Origin: Tubiluchus corallicola
Lineage: Eukaryota; Animalia; Priapulida
DNA length: 64,000 nt
Assembly (NCBI GenBank): GCA_030141605.1
Contig: JAQGDQ010000112.1
Coordinates: forward strand, 1 to 64,000
Reading direction: 5' to 3'
In this document: positions 11,956 through 23,920 of the stretch, one piece after another
How the letters are laid out: each line of letters starts with the position of its first letter
Numbering within the stretch: the stretch's first letter is position 1
Translations under genes and position numbers: made by a program
Notes under the pieces: model-generated
What the model was told of the DNA's origin: nothing
Databases searched by the model: none
The model's input: only the letters and a program-made list of their open reading frames with translations

Positions 11956-12639
11956 TGTTTTATTAGTACAAATTAGCTATTCTAATCAAAAGTTCATAAT
12001 ATTTCAAATTTAACAGGTACAATGCATCGTTAAACTATCGTCGAATGTATTCACAACTGATTTATAGCGAATATCGTGATAATAACACAATTTCTGAGCT
12101 ATCAAATCTGATATGACACAGTACTGCTTAATTGCAAAAAGATTACACAATCAGATAGTTCAATTAGCCAATTTTTAAAGCACAGATTTTACAATTATGA
12201 TGGTCTTAGAATAATAATTAATTTTATTATATCATAATATGACAGGACATCTAGATTTCAAAAATCTGTCATTAAAATTAACAATCAACTAAATATGTTT
12301 CTATGAAACGCGAATTGTAATAAAATACAGTATGTACAATTAATAACAATGGTTACAGTTGGAACAATCTATTTTTTTTTAATTTTCATTTATTGCCACA
12401 CAAGATGCAATCAAAACTGTTACATATCTTACACAATTCATTTACCTTATATTGGAGTCTTGGTTCGTAAAATAATCAAAGCCGGGCAGCAAACAGGGCC
12501 GATGCTAGGAAGGGGCCCGAAACGAAAATTGCTAGTGGGACCTGTTCAGCAAACAGTTTGCTGAATTATTTAACACTTAGTATATATAATATACCAACAG
12601 CTTAATCTAGTTTTTTTGTTAAAGCCTGCAAACGCTAAA

Positions 12640-12728
12640 TCAATGTGTATCGAGATACGCATCGTATCGTGAGGTTTGTATCGCAATATGTATCGTATCG
12701 TGACTTTGGTGTATCGTTGCAGCCTTAC
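12640..12728. mobile_element. Probable hAT MITE end (tatcg-rich) in the TAK1 3' UTR
   Basis: Clustered gtatcg/cgat subterminal motifs ending tatcgttgcagcctta; no partner end identified. Confidence 0.4.
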
Positions 12729-12778
12729 TGTTAACTGTTGCCATGTTGCAATTACAAGTACATGTTGCATATTCAATA

Positions 12779-14683
12779 TTAACCACTCCCGTGTTGCGAT
12801 TGTTGCTGTTGCATGCGTTTATTACCGATTGTCTCTAGCTGTGTTCTCAAGTTTTCATAAAATTTGCGCAAGTTGGCATTTTCATCAATCAGTGCCGCAT
12901 ACTCCCTGGAAATTCTTGCTTGTTGTTCTTCTTTAGTGAGTTCTTGTTTAAGTTCGCCCTCTAGTTGTTCTTTGCGCGATGTTAGCACTTCGATTTCCGT
13001 CTGCAACTTCATGTAGTCCTCGGCCAAAACGCAATGTTCTCTAAACACTTGCACGGATTCCCGACATTTTGGATTCGGCGGGAACGGTTGCAGTTGAGGA
13101 TTTAACGCGGCATACGCAACCGACACGGGCCAAACACCGGCCGGTGGCATTGCAGGCACGTTGGTCTGTACGGAAACCAATCCTGTGACGGAAAAACTCC
13201 GGTCAATGTCGGAAGATTCTGGCAGCTTTTGGGCATCCGGGATGTGCATTATTTGACCAGGAGTTGAGATAGATGATTTCAGTTTTGATGAGCCGCGTTG
13301 CACCTGGGGGTATCCCGTATGCCCTTGTAATCCAGCCTGATTGTCTCCGATTTTTGGCGCAAAACGGCTTTGAAGTCCTGCATTTTCCTGTCTTCCCGAC
13401 TGTCCTACCGGTGTACTTTCTCTCGATACGTTCAATGATCCACTTTCGGACGATTTCGTTCTCCTGTGACCTTGAACTTGTTTGTTTGATGACCCTTGCA
13501 TTAATATCGACTGCTGATCTAAGTCACTTAGATCGGCTGATTTTCTTTGTACGTGTTTATCGTCCACATGTGTTGCACTTTCTTTAGGAGCATCTATCAG
13601 GTTGTCTCTGCTTCCTGCAAGAGAACCGGGGGCACTGAAGCCAGATGCTCCATCCTCAACCACAGAAGGATGATAAACTTTATCCCTTTTGAGCCAATTT
13701 TGTACTATCTGTCCCGAATCTAGAACTGTTGAAAGCAAATCTTGTTTGGTGGAGAATGGTGATTCATATATGTCTTCTTCGACATCTTTGCCCGCTTCTT
13801 CTTTCGGATAAACTATGGGCTGTTCGGCACCTTCCAGAAACTTGGACAAGAACACCATGGTTTTCACCACTTCCGACATCGACGGCCTGTGAGATGGTTC
13901 GCCATCCCAACAGCTGACCATGAGACTTTCCAAAATCTCCGGCAGTCCCGCCACGAGTGGAGGTCGGGTACCTTCATGAACGGCCCACATGATTCTAAAA
14001 GCGGAACCTCCTATCTCGTCAAAAGGTTTTCGGCGAGTAAGTACTTCCCAGAGTATAATGCCCCAGCTAAAGATGTCGCACTTCTCACTGTAAGTCACCC
14101 CTCTGAATACCTCCGGTGCCATCCACGCGGCACTACCTTTATTATTTGTCATGTAAGTCTGGTTTTCGCATGCTGTACCAAAGTCACAAATTTTTAACAC
14201 TGTACCTCCCATAACAAGAAGCAGATTTGGAGGTTTCAGGTCTCTGTGGATGAGCCCCTTTGGTTTCATTCCATGCAGATATTCCACACCCAAAGCACAC
14301 TGCAGGCACCAGCTAATGGCATGAGCAGCGGTATACCGCGGAGCCGGAGTACCATGCAATACCGAATAAAGCGATCCACCTTCCGCGTACTCCATGACCA
14401 GACATGTTACTGGACTCCTGGTGCACGCTCCGTAGAGTTTTACGATGTTGTCGTGTTTCACCCGAGACAACTGCAGCACCTCGACTCTGAACGCTTTACG
14501 TTCCGATTCCGTCTCTATTACCTTTACTGCAACCAACTTTCCTCTCCAGTTAGCTCGCTTTACTGTACCAAAGGTACCCCTTCCGATCGTCTCAAACGAC
14601 TTCATTTCCTCATAGTCGATTTCCTGAATGAATGCCTCTGGCGTTAAAGGGGCAGGCCTCACTGGGGGCTCTGCGACTGCCAT
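12779..14683 (-). CDS. MAP3K7: MAP3K7/TAK1 (TGF-beta-activated kinase 1), uninterrupted ORF of about 634 aa
   Basis: Kinase motifs IGRGTFGTV, VAVK, HRDLKPPNLLL, LKICDFGTAC, TYMTNNKGSAAWMAPEVF and YSEKCDIFSWGIILWEVLTRRKPFDEIGG are TAK1-specific. The C-terminus LNPQLQPFPP..CRESVQVFREHC plus coiled coil matches the TAB2/3-binding region. Start placed at ATG 14683 because the 13 upstream codons read as a polypyrimidine tract and acceptor (cttttttatcggcag|gaATG). Confidence 0.96.
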   Translation of the reverse strand: MAVAEPPVRPAPLTPEAFIQEIDYEEMKSFETIGRGTFGTVKRANWRGKLVAVKVIETESERKAFRVEVLQLSRVKHDNIVKLYGACTRSPVTCLVMEYAEGGSLYSVLHGTPAPRYTAAHAISWCLQCALGVEYLHGMKPKGLIHRDLKPPNLLLVMGGTVLKICDFGTACENQTYMTNNKGSAAWMAPEVFRGVTYSEKCDIFSWGIILWEVLTRRKPFDEIGGSAFRIMWAVHEGTRPPLVAGLPEILESLMVSCWDGEPSHRPSMSEVVKTMVFLSKFLEGAEQPIVYPKEEAGKDVEEDIYESPFSTKQDLLSTVLDSGQIVQNWLKRDKVYHPSVVEDGASGFSAPGSLAGSRDNLIDAPKESATHVDDKHVQRKSADLSDLDQQSILMQGSSNKQVQGHRRTKSSESGSLNVSRESTPVGQSGRQENAGLQSRFAPKIGDNQAGLQGHTGYPQVQRGSSKLKSSISTPGQIMHIPDAQKLPESSDIDRSFSVTGLVSVQTNVPAMPPAGVWPVSVAYAALNPQLQPFPPNPKCRESVQVFREHCVLAEDYMKLQTEIEVLTSRKEQLEGELKQELTKEEQQARISREYAALIDENANLRKFYENLRTQLETIGNKRMQQQQSQHGSG

Positions 14684-16859
14684 TCCTGCCGATAAAAAAG
14701 CATGTAAGTTACAGCAAAACATCCGCGTCAGTCAAAAACACGGCGAAAGTTGCTGAGGCATGTAGATGTACACAGATAGACAATGTTTATACATAAGCAC
14801 TAGGAGATCCCTAAAGATGACTATGTTTGCTTACAGTTCATTAGCATTGAATACAAACTCCTATGTGCACTAGACTATTTTCCAGGTTTTCTCCATAAAC
14901 CAAAATTCCAGAAATGTTTTGCTCAATTGTGTTTTGTTATGACGAACTCGCTATGATTATTCTTTGACACCAATTAATAATATATTATCCAAACGTAACT
15001 GAATAAAATTGAGAAAAGGCTCACAGATATTGTGATTTTTTTTTCTAAATATGAAAAAGGGAAAGTATTTTATTTAATTCGAAGATCTTCACAATTACTT
15101 CGCATTGGTAAAATCCAATGTTTATTTGAATTACAATTTTCAAAAGTAAAGTTTTAGCTAAATAAACTTAACAATGAAATGATGTAAAACTTCAATCATT
15201 AAAAACACCTTTATTTGAAAAATTTGCAAAATAAGACAGCAGAGGAACCAGGAATAAAGATAAAAGTAACAATGATGAAGTTTAACATCACTTTATTAAT
15301 AATTTTGTTAATTCTGTGACTTAAGATTTCCAAATACCATGCTATTAGTATTACTGATAATAAGGTTTTAATTTTAAAAATTAAAGAGATGTTGGTCAAG
15401 TATGTCCATTTCAATACCTAGACCCTAGAAAAAATCACTACAAACGTACGTACTTTCAATAATAGGGTCCAAACTGCAATTTATAAAGGCAAAAGTGACT
15501 ACTTCACTCCCGCTGTTATCATAAATCGCAACCAGTTATTACCTTTTGATTTACGTTCGCTGATTAAGCTAATCGTTGTTGCTAATCGACATTACTGACA
15601 ACAAAACTGCATATTTGCTGCCCATGAAACACACCTCAGTTCACCAAGTAAGTTAAACTAAAGAATTAAAGCGTCATAATTGTTTGTAATTAGAGAAATT
15701 TGTACATTTTTGAGCAATAAAGTAACCTAATAGTAATACATGTTTTGTTATCACGGACATACGCCAAGACAGGAATCTTCGACATTGATCCGACTTTAAG
15801 TTGCGGTATTTCTGCTTCTCTCGACGACTCGGATAATTGGCAATGACGCACCTGTTGATTACAAGCCAAAAATATTTTGTTCATTATTTTATAGCTTCAT
15901 TCAATTCAAAAAAAGTTTGAAGGAAGACCGGGCGATTGTTTAGACTCAATGTCAGTTTAATTTACTGTCCAAAATATACACTTTCTTGCCTATAAAAGTT
16001 AACAATTGTTCCTTATATTTGAATATTCAGTTCAGAAAGTTAATAAACGGCAACAGAACACAGCTATTGCTTACGTCAGAGACTAATACAGTTTGTGCAA
16101 TGGCAGGCATCTTCCCATGCACAACAAGCACATTTGCATAGGGTGTTCCAGTACTGCTTAAACGCATGATGTCACGAAAGACTTTACATCATATGACATC
16201 AGAAACTAACACTGCAGTTCATGATCATACTTATCACAGTACCACCTTCTATTTGTCGGCCACGCGAATGTGACAAAAATATTCAACATGCATAGCTTTG
16301 AAAAATTTGCAAATTTCAGTATCCGAGGTAATTATTATTTAATCTAAGCTTTGATTTAAAATAAGCTATTGTAGTAACCAATATTTTAGAGCATTCTTTA
16401 TTCTGAACTCGTGTTTACACAATCATACGGTTTTCTTTTAATGATCAGCTCATACAGTAGTTATCTTTCAATCTAAATAAAAACTTTCATGTGTTTTTAA
16501 TTTGCCTAAATTAATTTCTCAATGTCCGCATGTGTACTGCGTACTTGTATTGTACATTCTGTGTATTTTGTAAAAATCTTTTATTATTTGTAATATGTTT
16601 ATATTTTTAATTTGCTCTTAATGATTGTGCATTGCGTATTTTTGTGCATGTTTGAATTTTTTCTATACAATTTTATATTCATTTGTATACAATTTTAATT
16701 GTTTTTAGGTACGTTAGTAGAAATGTGCAGGTCTACTCATAATAACACTATTGCTTTTATCAGTTTAATTTTAACCTGTTTGCATACAAATTTAATGCAA
16801 ATATAATCCAATTTGTGTTTAATGTAACTTTTTAGCAATAATGAATAGTAATAGTCAAC

Positions 16860-17125
<266 letters not shown>

Positions 17126-17889
17126 ATTTAACATCAATAACTATAACAACAAGTAGAGGAGAACATTGAACGTTCGAATTAATTCAAACATAAAGTGCTA
17201 ACTTTTAATAATTCGATCAGCCTTCTTTTCTTTATCGCTAAAATGTTTGAAACATCATCCATTCAGCACAGTTTTGCTGCGATTTCGGTGTATAATTTAG
17301 AATAAATTACTAATGTTTTAGCTGCAGAACGAAATCAAGTAATATGCGTGCTCTTTGTGAAATCACTTTATTAATGATTCGAACATCTTTAAAGCTAAAT
17401 TCGATTCGATTTGAATTCATTTTCTGGTAGAGGATGGCTCCGCCCCACCACCAATAACAAGTACTTGGCTTTGACGTTTCTGCAGTATGACAGGTTTGCA
17501 CATGTAATTAATCTGTGTTCATGATCTAAATAATCCATGGTTCTGTTTTGCAACGCAAATTTACAAAAAGCGCCTTATTTGCTGTTGCATTTCTGCAAAA
17601 AGAGACAAATAGAAGTTGACAAAATTTTCTTGAATCATTGGAAATTGACCTTGTGACTAAATATATTTCACACCTACATTTGACCTGCATAACTATAATA
17701 ATTAAGTTGTCAATCAATCAATCAATCAATTTATTTCACTCCAGCAATACATGTACAATACATCATCATACAATATTATTGAAACAAAAAGAAACAGTAC
17801 AGGTAAGAAAAACGTTGATGAAGTCAAATTAACCAAATAAAAGAGTTGCTGTATGACACCTTGAAAGCTTGGCTTGTTAAGGTGGCACA

Positions 17890-18525
17890 AATGAGTGAAT
17901 CAAAGAATGGTTAGGGTTAGTAGACATGATGGAAAGGAAGAAAATAGTAAGATTAGGGATAGGAAGAAGGAAGGGAGGGGAGGATGAGTGAATGAAAGAA
18001 TGGTTAGGGTTAGTAGACATGATGGAATGGAAAAAATAGTAAGATTAGGGATAGGAAGAAGGAAGGGGGGGAGGATGAGTGAATGAAAGAATGGTTAGGG
18101 TTAAGCCATGATGAATGGAAAAAATAGTAAGATTAGGGATAGGAAGAAGGAAGGGAGGGGAGGATGAGTGAATGAAAGAATGGTTAGGGTTAGTAGACAG
18201 GATGGAATGGAAAAATAGTAAAATTAGCAATATGAAGAAGAAAGGAAGGGGAGGATGAGTGAATGAAAGAATGGTTAGGGTTAAGACATGATGAATGGAA
18301 AAAATAGTAAGATTAGGGATAGGAAGAAGGAAGGGAGGGTAGGATGAGTGAATGAAAGAATGGTTAGGGTTAAGACATGATGAATGGAAAAAATAGTAAG
18401 ATTAGAGATAGGAAGAAGGACGGGATGGGAGGATGAGTTAATGAAAGAATGGTTAGGATTAGTAGACATGATGGAATGGAAAAAATAGTAAGATTAGGGA
18501 TATAGGAAGAAGGAAAAGAGGAGAA
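17890..18525. repeat. ~90-bp purine-rich tandem repeat, about 7 copies, containing GGTTAGGGTTA
   Basis: tggttagg(g/a)tta recurs at about 17908, 18001, 18092, 18181, 18272, 18361 and 18450. Confidence 0.9.
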
Positions 18526-18739
18526 GAAACGTTGTAGGGTTAATGGCTGTTGGTTGAATTGAATTCCGAATCCTCAAGCTCGGCGAGAATGCATGTCAAG
18601 CTTGCTCATTTATACAGGACAAGTTGCATGACTATTCTGCTGCCATTTCAACTATCTTCCTTGGGATTGCTTGCCAATCGAAATTCTTTCACTTCACACA
18701 TGTTTAAGTTAATAACCAACCTTCTTCCATTGATCATTT

Positions 18740-19090
18740 TCTTATTTTATCTTATCTTATCTTATCTTATCTTATCTTATCTTATCTTATCTTATCTTAT
18801 CTTATCTTATCTTATTTTATCTTATCTTATCTTAATCTTACCTTACCATACCGTACCTTACCTTACCTTACCTTACCTTACCTTACCTTACCGTACCTTA
18901 CCTTACCTTACCTTACCTTACCTTACCTTACCTTACCTTATCTTATCTTATGTTATCTTACCTCACATCACATCACCTCACCTCACCGCCCCTCCCCTCA
19001 TCTCACCTCACCTCACCTCACCTCACCTCACCTCACCTCACCTCACCTCATCTCATCTCATCTCATCTCATCTCATCTCATCTCATCTTA
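18740..19090. repeat. Compound pentanucleotide microsatellite (CTTAT)n-(CTTAC)n-(CTCAC)n-(CTCAT)n
   Basis: Directly visible. Confidence 0.95.
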
Positions 19091-19619
19091 ACTAATTTTC
19101 AAGAGTAGTTTTCAAGAATATGGAGAACATGGCAACTACCAAGATGTTTAAAGGAAAGGCCAAGCCACCTAGGAGGTTAGGCTTATTTCAATGTTAGATT
19201 ATGCAGTAATAATCCTGTAAAAAGTGCCTCGTATAATTAGTAAAATCATTTTAAAGTCACGATCACTTCATGGTTGGACGCTCCCATTTTCAATGCCCAT
19301 TTTTCTTCCAATGACGTCATTCGGCTTGAAGAAAAGTAGCGCACTGTCAATCTTCATCAAAAAGGATAATAAGTTTTTACAAAAAGTTAGATATCTAATT
19401 ACGTAATATTTTTGCGTGAATATTAACTAAGCTGCAGATGTTTGAATTAGTTTAAGCTCTGCGCGCTTACGGAAAGTCACGAAGTCTCCCAGTTGCTTCA
19501 TGATTTTGAGGTGAATGGCGGTAACCACCACGCCTGAAAATTTTTATTCAGAGGTAGTTTATTTTAAATTTATGCTTTATAGGCAGTTCTTTGCAAATTT
19601 CTTTGTTATATTTTTCTAA

Positions 19620-19752
19620 GTTTAAGTTGATAACAGTAAAATAAACCCAACATACTGAGTGAGTTGTTCTTTCCTTAAGCACACCACAAACAGTTTAAGT
19701 GATATCAGTAAAATAAACCCAACACACTGAGTGACTTGTTCTTTCCTTTAAA
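19620..19752. repeat. Two ~70-bp units, inverted relative to the 72-bp array at 37305-37572
   Basis: cagtaaaataaacccaaca...ctgagtga..tgttctttcctt is the reverse complement of the 37.3-kb unit. Confidence 0.8.
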
Positions 19753-20111
19753 GACGAGGCCTCGGAAAGCTGGTTGAAACACTGGTAATTGAATACCGCG
19801 GCGCTTGCACGTAAACGTGTTTTAAAGAGTGGAAATCTTTGTTAGTTTTTTCTCCAAACATTCGTCAAAATGTTGACAGGAAGTCGTGAAATGTGACTCG
19901 GAAACAAGTGAACAGTTTTACAGGGTGATTGATGCAGTGCTTGGTAATCAGACTCACAGAGCAGGGAAGGCGAATTTAAGTGATATTGATTATGAAAATA
20001 TTTGTTGTAAAATATTGTTCTCCAATAATTGTTCTGGAATAGTCCAAAAAAGACCTCACTCTAGTCCCACGTTCAACGCAGAAGCCATTTTCCAAGACTT
20101 AGTGTTTCATT

Positions 20112-20535
20112 GAGTGGCGTAGCCAGGTTCTAAAGTTAGGGGGAGCAAGTACATAAAAAAGGTGCCGTGATAGGGGCGTAGCCAGGTTCTAAAGTTAGGG
20201 GGAGCAAGTACATAAAGAATCCATGACACATACCAAACGATTTTTGACTCTTTGATTATGCATTTTAATTTTGTGTTTAAAATCAAAACACGAGAATGAT
20301 ACAATTTTCAAGAAAGTACGTAAATGTTGTTTTGTATTTAAAATTAAAACACAAATAAATGTTTTGCAGTAAACTCATGAAAATAAAAAAAAAAGATTCG
20401 ACTTTATCACACAACTAAGTGAACTAAAGAGCTAAAAGATTCTTGAATGGGTGCCTATTCTGAAAAATGTGCTTGAGGGAGCGGTTGCCACCCCACCCTT
20501 ACCACCGCCTTGCTCCCATACTAGCTACGCCACTG
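20112..20535. mobile_element. hAT-like MITE with duplicated left end; right end plus flank duplicated at about 20629-20760
   Basis: TIRs gagtggcgtagc / gctacgccactg. 8-bp TSD gtttcatt / gtttcgtt with one mismatch. Confidence 0.75.
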
Positions 20536-21069
20536 GTTTCGTTATCGCATAGATGTGTGAATAAAATGAACATTTGATAATGATTTTACAGAAAATAATA
20601 ATTTACGTCTATCTAGTGGTTTCAGCAGCTTGAGGGAGCGGTTGCCTCCCCCCTTGCTTCCCTACTAGCTACGCCACTGGCTTCCTTATCCCATAGATGT
20701 GTGAATAAAATGAACATTTGATAATGATTGTGCAGAAAATAATAATTTACGTCTATCTAGTCATTCTAGTGGCTTCAACAGTTGCTTCATGTTCATCATT
20801 GATATTGGCATCGCCACTGTAAACCCAAAAACTGACCCAAAACATAAGAATCTGGTTTCATATAAGAACCTTTGAAAACGTTGCATTTCAACAGCATCAC
20901 CGTCATCACTATTCTCATCCTCATCAGTGACGTCAGCAGAATAAGTGCTGTGACATCCACAATCGCCATCACTGCTGCTGTCGCCACGTATGTGTTGGTC
21001 ATGGTCACTGCTGTTGTTATCATCGTTATTGTTGTCATCATCATCAAGCTTCGTCATAATCATCATCAA

Positions 21070-22645
21070 CATGAATATTCCAAAGTTGAACTCTTTGTTT
21101 AGTGATAGAATTGTTGCCGTATTTGTTATTAGTGCGTGTTTGTTTAATATTGTGTGTTCTTGGATTTAATGTTGGCTCCAAGAGGAGTGGAAGCTTATTT
21201 TTGATGAAGGGCGTGTTAATATTGTTGATGTATTTATATAAAAACAGGATTGTGTAGAAGTATTTATGTGCTTGTAAAATTGGAATTTTAAACATTGTTC
21301 TTAATTCTGTTGCAGAGGTTTGATTTGTTATGAGGGACGTTTTATTTGAATAGCCAGCGACTAATCTTAATGCATAATTTTGAAGACTGTTTAGTTTGTT
21401 ATAGCTGTCTCTTGAAACTTCATGAAAAAGTGTGCATCCGTATAAAAAGTCCGGCAGAATGAGAGTTTTAAAAATTAATAACTTTGTCTGTTTAGTTAGT
21501 TGACCTTTTACCTGCCGTAAGTAAGAGGTTCCGCAAATCGTAAATCGTAAATTTTATTAAAGTGGTTATCCCAAGAAAGTTTGTTATTTACACAGATACC
21601 AAGAAAACTTACATTGTTTTTCTGTTTTATTATGCTATTTTCAACTGTTTTTGATGTATTACTTATATTGTCATTTGCGAACGGGGAAAGGACCATGAAA
21701 TCTGTTTCGGTGCTATTTAAATTGAGTTTTAAATGGGTAAGTGCTATGTTAATGTTTGCGATGTCCTGTTCTAAAACTCGTTGAGCTAGATTTTCGTGGC
21801 CTAAATATATAGTTGTGTCGTCAGCATACTGTGTTATATTACAATGTGTTAGTGTTTTAGATATATTGTTAATATAAATACAGAAAAGCAAGGGACCCAA
21901 AAGTGTGCCTTGTGGCATGCCCTGCTGTAATGTTAGCCATTCTGAGACCGTATTTGTGGATAATTTGACTCTTTGTTTTCTGTTTGTCAAGTAACTGTTA
22001 ATGAGCTTTAATGAATTTGTATTAAATCCTAATGATTTTAAATTGTCTTTCAAAAGATTGTGGTCTAGGCTATCAAAGGCTTTACTTAAGTCTAAAAATG
22101 CGGGTACAACATATTTATTTTCATTTAAGTTTGATCTACAGTTTTCAGTTGCATGTATGATGGCATCAGTAGTAGAGTGTTTTCGTCTAAAACCAAATTG
22201 ATGTTTTCTAAGTATATTGTTTACGTTTATATATGAAGTCATTTGTTCATATAGTACTTTTTCCAAAATTTTTCCAAAACAATGAACAACGGATTATAGG
22301 CCGGTAATTAACATTGTCAGTTGATGAGTCTTTTTTGTGGACTGGTGTCACATTGGCTAGCTTACAAATACTGGGGAATTCACTGCGCATGATCATTTGG
22401 TTTGTAATGTAGGCAACATGAGGTGCTATTATGTTGGCGCTGTCCTTTAATATCTTCATGGGTATTTCAGATGGGTCACTACCTTTGTTAATATCTAGTT
22501 TAACTAAGATTTTAAATATATCATTTGTGGTAATGGTGGAAAACGAAAAAGTTGTGTTAGTATTTAATTTCATTTTTAATTTCGAAATTATGTTGCTGTA
22601 GTTACTATTATGATTAGATAGCCAGCAGAACTTTCCCGAGTGCAT
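21070..22645 (-). mobile_element. Degenerate LINE (CR1/L2 group) reverse transcriptase fragment
   Basis: Motifs VTPVHKK..NYRPI, QFGFRRKHST, FLDLSKAFDSLDH, QGMPQGTLLGPLLF, YADDT and FLGICVNNKLSW, with frameshifts. Confidence 0.92.
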
Positions 22646-22723
22646 AGCGTTGGTAAATTATCATTACAGATATCAAAGGATTTCAAACACGTGTTAAAGA
22701 AAATTAATGTCACTTCTCCAATT

Positions 22724-23832
22724 TCAGTAACAGCTTTGTATATTTGAATAATCTATTATCACCAAAGATACAGTGAACAGTATGTTTAAAATGTAGGTGG
22801 CAGTTCTGAGGTATTTCTGTCCTACAACACCACTGGTCACCAGGTCCGCTTTCCAAACCTGATTGTTGCAGAAATACTCCTCTGAACACACGCAGGTTTC
22901 CATGGTCAGACCATCCTCCATGTCTGCCCTACTGCAATTAGCAGTTTGTGGTCCAGTGTCGAAAGTCTTGCATCGTCTTTCCACGCTGGAGAAATCCACG
23001 TCACCACGTGGTTTATTAGCTTCTGTTAAAATTTCAATATTATTATTGTGAACAGAGAAATTTGGTTTGTTAAGTAAAATCTGTAATATAACAAAGTTTA
23101 TATCGTTTTTATTAGGAAAGTCAACGTTTGCACTGCACAGTAGCAATGCAAGTACAATGCAATCTCACAATACAAGTAAATATTCTGCCACATCTTTAAG
23201 AAACTCCACGAAAATCCCGATATTAGAAGCCCACAGAGATTATCAAACTCTCCTGTTTCTCTATAAATATATCAACAATATTAATTCTCCTTTCAAACAC
23301 AATAAGCTCCCACTTCTTAAAAACCCCAGTATGAATAACAGAACACTAAATTTAAGAAACATTAGAACGAACAATCAATATGGAAAGAATTCCATTACTA
23401 AGCTAGCAATACAACTTTGGAATTCATTACCGACATCACTAAAACACAGCAGCTCTTTATCAATATTCAAGTCTAAATTAAAAAAACATTTAATGACCCG
23501 TTTTAAATATCCGACATACGAACACGATGATACTTACTCAAATCATAATTTCATTTTTCCTGGACCTTACTAAACTAGTTTATATTTTATTTTTGAATTT
23601 CTAGTTGCAATTATAGTTTAGCTTGCACCAGACGCATTTGCCCAGAACAGTGTATGTTTTTATATGAACTAACACTGATTGTCTGTCTTTTATTATGATG
23701 GTCAATGTTTTAAAATGGCAAATAAAGATTTTACTACTACTACTACTACTACTACTACTAGTACTACTACTGCTACTACTACTAGTACTGCTACTACTGC
23801 TACTACTATTACTACTACTACCACTACTACCG

Positions 23833-23920
<88 letters not shown>

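Noticed and set aside
14684-14722. TAK1 start at ATG 14722 (MFCCNLHAFLSAG)
   Set aside because: The extension reads as a polypyrimidine tract plus CAG acceptor; ATG 14683 is preferred, though not proven.
20761-21072. Asp-rich 103-aa ORF
   Set aside because: Degenerate trinucleotide low-complexity tract at a LINE tail with no evident splice or family support.
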